This document shows, one piece after another, positions 15,906 through 23,843 of a DNA stretch of 64,000 bases. The notes beneath the pieces were generated by a model that worked only from the letters and a program-made list of their open reading frames with translations, did no database searches and was not told where the DNA came from. Position numbers and translations under genes: made by a program. The number at the start of each line of letters is the position of its first letter. Positions within the stretch are counted from its first letter, which is position 1. The stretch is taken from NCBI GenBank assembly GCA_005882635.1, contig VBFG01000047.1:5833-69832 (forward strand). Direction: 5' to 3'. The stretch is from Chloroflexota bacterium. GTDB taxonomy: Bacteria; Chloroflexota; Limnocylindria; Limnocylindrales; CSP1-4.

Positions 15906-16239
15906 CGTCATGCTCGGGCCGTTTGGCCCGCGATCGCGTCGCACGTGCCCGCCTGGTGCAGCGACACGCCGTGTCCGGCCGACCGTCCTCATCGGTGGGT
16001 CTCACTTGCCGGTTGTTTCGCCCCACGAGCGTATCTGGCGAGGTTCGGTCGGAAGGGGAGGCCGCGAGCCTGTTTCGAGCACGTTTCGTGCACTTCCATT
16101 TCGGCTGGCGAGAAAGGAGGACAGGGACCCCACGGTTCGCGAGGAACACTGTCAGATACGCTCGCCGGAGGAGAATTCGCGCCGGTCCGGGATCGCAGCG
16201 CGCCCTCGGCGGGGCCCGACGCCCACTTCGGGCCGCGAC

Positions 16240-16764
16240 TCAGAGGTCGGCCCGCACGACCCCGGTTGGGGGCACGAACAGCGCGCCACACCAGGCGCAG
16301 GCGTCCCAGTCGCTCCCGACCGCGTGACCGCATCGCTCGCAGAGATGTCCGAGCGCGGTCCGGCAGCGGGGACAGATCAGCCACTCTTCGTCGACGGGTC
16401 GGCGGCAGCCCGGACAGATCGACCGGTCGACCTCGGCGTCGAGCGCCGCGTCGCGCAACGCGCTCATCCGCCGCTCGGCGACGGTCCCGCGGGGCCGCAC
16501 GATCAGGTGCAGCAGCAGCGCCAGGGGGAAGAGGGCCGGTGAGGCCAGGACGACGACCGCCGCGGTCGCGTAGGGCCAGATCGGGTTCATCGTTCGACGG
16601 CGCATGTCGACGAACGCCCACAGGGCGGTCGCCAGCCAGACGACCACGACGTAGCCGATGGCCATGTCGAGAACGAGCCGGACGGTGGGCTGAGCGAAGA
16701 AGACGCCGATTGCTTCACCGAACTGGCCCAGGAGCGCATCCACCGACCACTTCCCAATCCGCAC
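16240..16764 (-). CDS. membrane protein with C-terminal double zinc-ribbon
   Basis: ORF 16240..16764 (GTG start). Two to three TM helices, then CPGCRRPV...CPRCRTAL..CERCGHAV...CAWCG. Confidence 0.7.
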   Translation of the reverse strand: MRIGKWSVDALLGQFGEAIGVFFAQPTVRLVLDMAIGYVVVVWLATALWAFVDMRRRTMNPIWPYATAAVVVLASPALFPLALLLHLIVRPRGTVAERRMSALRDAALDAEVDRSICPGCRRPVDEEWLICPRCRTALGHLCERCGHAVGSDWDACAWCGALFVPPTGVVRADL

Positions 16765-16972
16765 AGGAACCGCGCCCGTCCCGCAACGGAAGCCGGTTCA
16801 GGCACAGCGAACCACGCTGGTTGTGGCGATCTCGCGGCGGCCGGATTGATCGGTCTGCCACGCATGTTGCAGGTCATGGCCGAGTCGCCGTCGTCCGTCC
16901 TGCGATAGAGCCGTAAGGCGCCGCAGGACGGGTGGTCCCCGCCGTCGATGGGCCCTTGCCGATGCTTGATTC

Positions 16973-18151
16973 ATGCTCGAGCCTCACCAGCCAGCCGCGG
17001 ATGCACACGGAGCGACTTCGGGCCGCGTCGATCCGGCGCCCGAGCCCGCGCGTTCGGGCGTCGATCGACCGGCGGGGCAGCCGATGGCGTTGGATGGGCT
17101 GCGAGCGGTCGTCGACCGCCTGCCGGAGGCCGTCGTCGTGACCGATCCGGCCGGTGAGATCCAACTGACGAACGCCGCCGCGAACCGGCTGTTCGCCGAG
17201 CGTCCGCTGCGGGACGACGTCGACCTCTTGTCGCGATTCGACGGGGTCGAGCCGACCGCCGGCATGCGCTCCGTGCGCGGCGACCCGCCGCGCCGCGCGA
17301 CTGTTCGGCCGCGGCATCTGCCCAACACGTGGTTCTCGCTCGACCGAGTGCCGTTCGACGACGCCTCCGGGCCCGCGTCGGCGCGGCAAGACGGGGAGCC
17401 GATCGGGTCGGTCTTCGTGCTGCGCGACATCACCGACTCGGCCGACCTGCAGGCCGAGCGAGAGGCGTTCCTGGCCGTCCTGTCCCACGAGCTGCGGACG
17501 CCGTTGACCACGATCTACGCCGGCTCCTCGGTCCTCGCCCGCCGGCCGCCGCTCACGCCGACCGCCACCGAGACACTGGCGCGGGACATCAGCGCCGAGG
17601 CTGCGCGCTTGTACGACCTCGTCGAGAACCTCCTGGTGATTGCCCGGCTCGAGCGCCGGATCCTCGAGCCGCTCGACGAGCCGGTCGATCTCGCGCGCGC
17701 CGTCGATGCGGCAATTCGGACGATCACAGAGCGCTTCGCGGACATCCCGATCGCCCGCAGCGGCGGCGAGTCGGCGCCAGCCGTCCACGGCGACGCCACC
17801 TACGTCGAGCAGGCCTGCCGGAACCTGCTGCTCGCCGCCTGGCGGTTTGCCAACAGCGCCGACGATCCCCGGCTCGTCGTCCACATCGATCCTGACCGGG
17901 CGAATGGCGAGGTCGCGGTCCGCGTCTTCGACCGAGGTCCGTCGATGAGCCAGCAAGAGCTGGGCCGGGTCTTCGAGCTGCCGGGCGAGAGCGCGACGGG
18001 CCGTCTCGACGGCTCGGGCATGGGCCCGTTCGTCGTCCGCCAGGTGATCGGGGCGATGAACGGTCGGACCTGGGTCCGCAACCGCGACGGTGGCGGCCTC
18101 GAGATGGGGTTTGCGCTACCGATCCACGAGCTGGCCGGCCAGGCGACCTGA
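16973..18151 (+). CDS. cytoplasmic PAS sensor histidine kinase with degenerate ATP-binding boxes
   Basis: ORF 16973..18151. H-box SHELRTPLTTIYAG. The N-box reads RNLLLAAWRF (Asn missing) and G1 reads DRGPS instead of DxGxG. The G2-like GSGMGP is present. The start could be the internal Met at 17084. Confidence 0.8.
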   Translation: MLEPHQPAADAHGATSGRVDPAPEPARSGVDRPAGQPMALDGLRAVVDRLPEAVVVTDPAGEIQLTNAAANRLFAERPLRDDVDLLSRFDGVEPTAGMRSVRGDPPRRATVRPRHLPNTWFSLDRVPFDDASGPASARQDGEPIGSVFVLRDITDSADLQAEREAFLAVLSHELRTPLTTIYAGSSVLARRPPLTPTATETLARDISAEAARLYDLVENLLVIARLERRILEPLDEPVDLARAVDAAIRTITERFADIPIARSGGESAPAVHGDATYVEQACRNLLLAAWRFANSADDPRLVVHIDPDRANGEVAVRVFDRGPSMSQQELGRVFELPGESATGRLDGSGMGPFVVRQVIGAMNGRTWVRNRDGGGLEMGFALPIHELAGQAT

Positions 18152-18152
18152 C

Positions 18153-19244
18153 TCAGGGACTCCCGTTCCGCGCGCCCGACCGGGCGCGCCCCTTCGATCG
18201 CGCCGCATCCTCCCGGAGTCGCGTCCGAAGGAGGGCGATGACCGCCCGCTCCTCGCCCGGGTCCGTCGCGCCGGGCGGCTCGTCGTCGTCTTCGACGGCC
18301 TGGACGAGGGCCGTCCGGATGCGGCCGTCGAGATAGGCGTCGACGACGGCCGGGTGGACGTAGGCATTGCGCGCGACCGCCGCGGTGTTGCCGAGGTTGT
18401 CGGCCGCGGCCCGGATCGCGGCGGCGACGTTGCGCTGCTTCTCGCGGTCGGTCGAGCCCTCGCCCACGCCACGCAGCGCCCGGAAGGCGAGGACCGTGCC
18501 GGCCCACGTCCGGAAGTCCTTCGCGGTCACGCCAGGCGCGATCTCGGACAGGTAGTCGTTGACGTCCTCCGATGCCACGTCATGGGGCTCGCCGTCCTCG
18601 CCGACGTACTGGAACAGCTCACGACCGGGCAGGTCGCGGCAGCGTCGGACGACGGCCGCCAACCGTCGGTCCCGAAGGCCAACCTCGTTCATCTGCCCGG
18701 ACTTGCCGCGGAAGCGGAACGTCACCGTCGAGCCCCGGACCCGGGCATGGCGGTCGTGGAGCGTCGTCAGACCGAAGCTCCGGTTCAGGCGCGCGTACTC
18801 GTCGTTGCCGACGCGGATCAGCGTCAGCTCCAGCAGCCGAACGACCGCGGCGAGCACCTTCTCGCGCGACAGGCCGGGCCGGGCGAGGTCGTCGTCGACC
18901 CGCTTGCGGATCGCCGGCAGCGCGCGAGCGAAGGCGACCAGCCGCTCGAACTTGGCGGTATCACGCCGCGCGCGGTACCGCGGGTGGTAGCGGTACTGCT
19001 TGCGGCCGCGCGCGTCGCGGCCCGTGGCCTGGAGATGGCCGTTCGGCCAGGGCGAGATCCAGACGTCCGACCAGGCCGGCGGGATCACGATCTTGCGGAT
19101 CCGCTCGAGGATTTCCGCGTCGCGGATCGGCCTGCCGTTGGGATCGCGGTAGGTGAAGCCGCGGCCGGCCCGCCGGCGGGTGATGCCCGGGTGATCGTCG
19201 CCGGAGTAGCGGAGGCCGGGAACCGGCGTCGGGTCGGCCGTCAT
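18153..19244 (-). CDS. DNA topoisomerase IB (poxvirus-like bacterial type)
   Basis: ORF 18153..19244. GLRYSGDDHPGITRRRAGRGFTY, IPPAWSDVWISP, GRDARGRKQYRYH, and a C-terminal ARNAYVHP carrying the candidate catalytic Tyr. Confidence 0.85.
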   Translation of the reverse strand: MTADPTPVPGLRYSGDDHPGITRRRAGRGFTYRDPNGRPIRDAEILERIRKIVIPPAWSDVWISPWPNGHLQATGRDARGRKQYRYHPRYRARRDTAKFERLVAFARALPAIRKRVDDDLARPGLSREKVLAAVVRLLELTLIRVGNDEYARLNRSFGLTTLHDRHARVRGSTVTFRFRGKSGQMNEVGLRDRRLAAVVRRCRDLPGRELFQYVGEDGEPHDVASEDVNDYLSEIAPGVTAKDFRTWAGTVLAFRALRGVGEGSTDREKQRNVAAAIRAAADNLGNTAAVARNAYVHPAVVDAYLDGRIRTALVQAVEDDDEPPGATDPGEERAVIALLRTRLREDAARSKGRARSGARNGSP

Positions 19245-19502
19245 CGGGGTGACGTCGCGAACGAGCTCATCGGGCCGCAGCGTCGGCGATCACCCGTCGC
19301 GAGGACGTCCGCTCGCCCGAGGAGGCGATGCCAGCGGCGTTGCAGGCACGTCATCGGCCATGCCCGGCCGCGGCACCGGTTTCTCGCGGCACCTGGACGA
19401 CACACGTTCGTATCGCACCCGGCGCCCTCGCGTGGGTGGCCGGGATGAGGCGGCGGACAGACTCGGGGCACAGGCCCAGCCTGCGCGACCCCAGGAGGAC
19501 GC

Positions 19503-20639
19503 ATGGCCACCCAAACCCGACCGCCCGCCCAGCCGGGCGAGCCCCCGCCGAATCCCGCCGCCGACGAATCATCGGCGGCCCCCGCTGCCGACGAAACAGC
19601 CGATGCGGACTCGTCGCGGCCCGAAAGCGCAGCGAGCCGTCACGCTGGCGACGTGGCTGTCGTGCTCATGGACGACGTCTCGCGGAAGTTCGGCGGTCGC
19701 GTCGTGGTCCGCGGGATCGACCTGGCGGTCCCCCGCGGAACGATCCTCGGGATCATCGGCCCGTCCGGCGCAGGCAAGACGACGACGATCCGGATGATGA
19801 CCGGCGCGATCAAGCCGTCGAGCGGCGAGGTCCGCGTCCTCGGCCGTCCGCCGGCGAAGTTCCGCCGGTCGGATCGCGAGCGGATCGGCTACATGCCGCA
19901 GGTGTTCACCCTGTACGGCGATCTGACGGCCGGCGAGAACGTCGACTTCGTCGCGAGTCTGTTCGGGATGCTGTGGCGACGCCGCCGTCGGCGAGTGCAG
20001 GAGGTCCTGAAGGTCGTCGGGCTGTGGGACGTCCGGAAGCGCCAGGCCAACCAGCTGTCGGGGGGGATGCAGCGACGGCTCGAGCTCGCCTGCGCGCTCG
20101 TCCACGACCCCGAGCTGATCATTCTCGACGAACCGACCGCCGGCATCGATCCGCTCCTCCGCGGCTCGATCTGGACCGAGCTCCACCGCCTCCGCGACGC
20201 CGGCCGGACGCTGCTGGTCACGACCCAGCACATCGCCGAGGCCGAAGAGTGCGACGCCGTCGCGATGATCGTCGGTGGTCGGATCATCGCTCTCGCGACG
20301 CCTGAGGAGCTCCGGCGGATGGCGACGAACGGCGACCTCGTCGACATCGAGACCGCGTCCAGCTTCGACGGGACGGAGCTCGCCGAGATGCCGGGCGTCG
20401 GCGACATCACCCAGGAGTCGCCGCACCACTTCCGGATCGTCGTCGACGATGCCGGCAGCGCCCTCCCCGCGATCGTCCAGCGGATCAAGGCGAGCGGGGT
20501 CGAGGTCGAGTCGGCGTCCGAGCACCGCCTGTCGTTCGACGAGATCTTCGCGATCCTCGTCGCGCGCGACCGTGCCGACGGGGAAGGTGGGCGCGGCCCA
20601 GGAGACGCCGACGAGCGCCGACGAAGAGCCGCCGCATGA
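19503..20639 (+). CDS. ABC transporter ATP-binding protein
   Basis: Walker A GPSGAGKTT, signature LSGGMQRRLELA, Walker B LIILDEPT. The Pro/Ala-rich N-terminal ~55 aa may not be translated. Confidence 0.85.
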   Translation: MATQTRPPAQPGEPPPNPAADESSAAPAADETADADSSRPESAASRHAGDVAVVLMDDVSRKFGGRVVVRGIDLAVPRGTILGIIGPSGAGKTTTIRMMTGAIKPSSGEVRVLGRPPAKFRRSDRERIGYMPQVFTLYGDLTAGENVDFVASLFGMLWRRRRRRVQEVLKVVGLWDVRKRQANQLSGGMQRRLELACALVHDPELIILDEPTAGIDPLLRGSIWTELHRLRDAGRTLLVTTQHIAEAEECDAVAMIVGGRIIALATPEELRRMATNGDLVDIETASSFDGTELAEMPGVGDITQESPHHFRIVVDDAGSALPAIVQRIKASGVEVESASEHRLSFDEIFAILVARDRADGEGGRGPGDADERRRRAAA

Positions 20640-21826
20640 GCATCTTCAAGACGTTGACGCGGATCCTGGCGATCGTCGGCAAGGAGCTCGTGACCGTCAT
20701 CCGGCGCCCGGGCTCGCTGATCAGCCTCGTCGTCGGCCCGTTCTTGATCATGGCCCTGTTCGGCCTCGGCTACAGCGGCTACCGCCGTCCCCTCGACACG
20801 ATCGTCGTGATCCCGCCGAGCACCGGCCTGTCGACGGATGCCGCCGAGTACCAGGATGTCGCCGGCGAGGGCCTCCGCGTCGTCGACGTGACGGCCGACG
20901 AGAACGCCGCGATGGACCAACTGACGAAGCAGCAGGTCGACGTCGTCGTCGTCGCGCCGGCAAATGCCGGCGACCAGTTCATGGCCGGCAAGCGGACCGA
21001 GGTCAGCGTCCGCGTCAACGTCACCGACCCGGTCGAGGAGAGCTATGCGATCTTCCTCACCCGCGGCCTCGAGGCGGCCCTCAACCGCCAGATCATCCAG
21101 CGGGCGGTCACGGAGGGCCAGAACTACGCGATCAACCAGGGAGCCGCGGACGCCGCGAAGATCGCGCCCGACGTCATCGCCGCGCCGACGGAGGCCGTCC
21201 TCGACAACGTCGCCCAGTCGCAGCCGAGCGTCGTCCAGTTCTTCGGGCCGGCCGTCCTCGCCCTGATCCTCCAGCACATGGCGGTCACGCTGATCGCCCT
21301 GTCGGTCGTCCGCGAGAAGACGAGCGGCCGGTTCGAGCTCTTCCGGATCTCGCCGATCACCACCGCCGAGCTCGTCACCGGCAAGCTGATCGCCTACGGC
21401 CTGTTCGCCGGTGCCGTGGCGCTGGTCACGATCGAGCTGCTCATCGTCGGCTTCCACGTCCCGCAGCTGGCCGACCCCCGTTGGATCGCCCTCGTGGCAC
21501 TGCTGCTGATCGCGTCGTCGCTCGGTCTCGGGCTGTTGATCGCGGCGATCTCGGACTCCGAGCCGCAGGTCGTCCAGCTGTCGCTGCTCGTCCTGCTCGC
21601 GTCGGTGTTCTTCTCGGGCTTCGTGCTCCAGATCAGCGAGTTCAGCGAGCCGATCCGATCGATGATCTACGCCCTACCGGTCGCCAATGGGATCCGCCTG
21701 CTCGGCGATTTCATGTTCCGGGGTGGCACCGTCGTCGGCTGGCAGCTCCAGCTGATGGCTGGCCTGGCCGTGGTGTACATCGGCCTGGCCTGGCTGTTCC
21801 TGCGTCGGGTGGTCGCCCGGGCCTGA
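20636..21826 (+). CDS. ABC-2 type transporter permease
   Basis: ORF 20636..21826. Overlaps the ATPase stop by 4 nt. One N-terminal TM, a large loop, then 5 C-terminal TMs. Confidence 0.8.
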   Translation: MSIFKTLTRILAIVGKELVTVIRRPGSLISLVVGPFLIMALFGLGYSGYRRPLDTIVVIPPSTGLSTDAAEYQDVAGEGLRVVDVTADENAAMDQLTKQQVDVVVVAPANAGDQFMAGKRTEVSVRVNVTDPVEESYAIFLTRGLEAALNRQIIQRAVTEGQNYAINQGAADAAKIAPDVIAAPTEAVLDNVAQSQPSVVQFFGPAVLALILQHMAVTLIALSVVREKTSGRFELFRISPITTAELVTGKLIAYGLFAGAVALVTIELLIVGFHVPQLADPRWIALVALLLIASSLGLGLLIAAISDSEPQVVQLSLLVLLASVFFSGFVLQISEFSEPIRSMIYALPVANGIRLLGDFMFRGGTVVGWQLQLMAGLAVVYIGLAWLFLRRVVARA

Positions 21827-21880
21827 CGCGCTCGACTGGGCATTCGAATTGACGGACTGGCGGTCGCAAACGGACCAGGA

Positions 21881-22972
21881 TCAGGCGTGGGCCGGTGCGG
21901 CCGCTTCGTCTCGCAACCCGAGGGTTCGGGCGTACAGCGCCTCGTAGCTGTCGGCCATCCGCCGTGCCGAAAAGCGCTCGATCACCGACGCTCGGATCGC
22001 CTCGCGGTCGAGGTCCCCCGCGCGATCGACGAGGAACGCCATCTCGGTGACGTCGTCGCCGAAGAAGCCGTCGACGCCGTCGCGGATGATCTCGTCGAGC
22101 CCACCCACGCGGCGGGCGATGACCGGGGCGCCGCAGGCAAGCGCCTCGATCGCGACGAGCCCGAACGGCTCCGGCCAGGAGCCCGGCATCAGGACCGCAT
22201 AGCTTCGGGCGAACAGCGCGTCGCGGTCCTTGCCGGACAGCTCGCCGAGGAATTCCACGTTGCGTCCCGCCTTCTTGAGGGCCGGCTCGAAGACCTGCTC
22301 GTGATAGTCGCGCTCGGCGGGGGTCGGCCCGACCTTCGCCGCGATCTTCAGCGGTCGGCCGGCCTTCTTGGCGACGTCGATCGCCTCGACGATCCCCTTC
22401 TCCGGGTTGACCCGGCCGACGAACACCAGGTCGTCGGTGCGTCGTCGCTCGAACGGCGCGTCGTCGAGGTTGAGGCCGTTGTGGACGATCGTCCACGGGA
22501 CGTCGGGATGGACCGACGCCTGTGACTCGCTGATCGCGACCATGCCGGTCGGCCGGCCGGCGAAGGTGTCGCGCGACCAGGGCGTGTCGAGGCGGCCGTG
22601 GAACGTTGCGACGAAGGGCCGCGACGTTACCCGCTGGAGGATCACCGAGTACCACTCGAGGTGGCTGTGGATCAGGTCGAACTCGGCCTCGCGATCCAGC
22701 ACCTGCAGCATGGTGGTGATCATGTAGCCACTGATATCGCCGCCGTGGCCGGCCGGCCGGAGCGCCCGCGGGATCGTCGCCACGAGGTCGCCCGGAACGT
22801 CCGAGTCACCGGACGCGAAGGTCGTGACGCGGTGTCCCCGCCGGACGAGCTCCCTGACGAGCTCGAACACCACCCGCTCCGTGCCGCCGTAACCCTCGGG
22901 CGGAACACGCTCGATCGGCGGCACGACCTGGGCGATGCGAATGGGTTCGATCACGGCGTCCTCTCCGGACAT
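21881..22972 (-). CDS. GT4-family glycosyltransferase
   Basis: ORF 21881..22972. N-terminal GGTERVV and C-terminal EPFGLVAIEALACGAPVIARRVGGLDEII motifs. Confidence 0.85.
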   Translation of the reverse strand: MSGEDAVIEPIRIAQVVPPIERVPPEGYGGTERVVFELVRELVRRGHRVTTFASGDSDVPGDLVATIPRALRPAGHGGDISGYMITTMLQVLDREAEFDLIHSHLEWYSVILQRVTSRPFVATFHGRLDTPWSRDTFAGRPTGMVAISESQASVHPDVPWTIVHNGLNLDDAPFERRRTDDLVFVGRVNPEKGIVEAIDVAKKAGRPLKIAAKVGPTPAERDYHEQVFEPALKKAGRNVEFLGELSGKDRDALFARSYAVLMPGSWPEPFGLVAIEALACGAPVIARRVGGLDEIIRDGVDGFFGDDVTEMAFLVDRAGDLDREAIRASVIERFSARRMADSYEALYARTLGLRDEAAAPAHA

Positions 22973-22977
22973 GGTAC

Positions 22978-23013
22978 GGCCGCGGGCCCTCGTCGGCGAC
23001 GGGGCCCGCGGCC
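22978..23013 (-). terminator. 12-bp perfect GC hairpin downstream of the Gly-rich gene
   Basis: GGCCGCGGGCCC-12 nt-GGGCCCGCGGCC between the stop at 23032 and the GT4 start at 22972. No U-tract. Confidence 0.4.
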
Positions 23014-23031
23014 GGGTCTGAGTCGCGAAGG

Positions 23032-23490
23032 TCAGTAGCCGCGCGGATCCGTGGAGCCCGACTCGTCGCCGTCCTCCTCGATCTCCTCTTCGGCCTGATC
23101 ACCGGCACCGGCACCGGCGCCCGCACCGACGGCGCCACCAACGACCGCACCCGGAGGTCCGGCGATTGCGCCACCGGCCGCCGCGCCGGCGAGACCGCCG
23201 GCCACGCCGCCCGCCGCCGAGCCGGCCTCGTCGTCACCTTCGGACGCTTCGCCGGCCATCGCGCCGCCGGCCGCGCCGACCGCGCCACCGACGACTGCGC
23301 CCGGAGGGCCACCGACGGCCATCCCGACGCCGGCACCGCCGAGCGCACCCGCTCCGGCGCCCATGGCTTCCTTGCCGTGCTCCTTGTTCTCCGGGGCCGT
23401 GTCGTCACGGTCCGGGTCGTACGGGCGATCCGCGTCGTACGTGCGGTCGCCTTCGAGCGGCTTCGGATCGTTCTGATCGTGGTGACCCAT
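23032..23490 (-). CDS. glycine/alanine-rich protein with acidic termini (152 aa)
   Basis: ATG 23490 preceded by AAAGGAGA. MGHHDQNDPKPLEGDRTYDADRPYDPDRDD..., then two Gly-zipper-like blocks, each containing the exact string GGPPGAVVGGAVGA. Confidence 0.6.
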   Translation of the reverse strand: MGHHDQNDPKPLEGDRTYDADRPYDPDRDDTAPENKEHGKEAMGAGAGALGGAGVGMAVGGPPGAVVGGAVGAAGGAMAGEASEGDDEAGSAAGGVAGGLAGAAAGGAIAGPPGAVVGGAVGAGAGAGAGDQAEEEIEEDGDESGSTDPRGY

Positions 23491-23630
23491 AGCGGTCTCC
23501 TTTGACAGTCGGGCATCGCCCCGCGAGTGGGCCGCGGTCGATGTCGGATGTGCCCGACGGTACGAACCGCTCCCGGCGGACGCGCTCGCCGCCTCTACGA
23601 GATGCGTTTCAGCCGCGTGACGACGGTTCC

Positions 23631-23794
23631 CGTACTTCAAGGACTGCTATTTAGCGCGAGCGACGCCGAGAAACCGGCGGTCCAGGCCTCGATACGACCC
23701 GTTTACGACTTCTGCTGGTAAACCGGCCGATAACGATGCCCGGCGCAGCCTGGGCACCGCCCGCTTCACGTCAGATAACTCTCCTTGAAGTACG
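23631..23794. repeat. perfect 13-bp inverted repeat bracketing a 138-bp lower-GC segment
   Basis: CGTACTTCAAGGA (23631-23643) and TCCTTGAAGTACG (23782-23794). The interior contains CTGCTATTTAGCGCG and other AT-richer patches. Confidence 0.7.
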
Positions 23795-23843
23795 CGAGGG
23801 CCTGCGCCCGCGCCGCTCAGGGGTCAGACGGAGGCGCGCCGGC

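Noticed and set aside
23631-23794. MITE or mobile-element interpretation of the 13-bp inverted repeat pair.
   Set aside because: There is no flanking target-site duplication (GGTTCC versus CGAGGG), no second copy in 64 kb, and no transposase anywhere in the window. It is retained as a structural or regulatory candidate instead.
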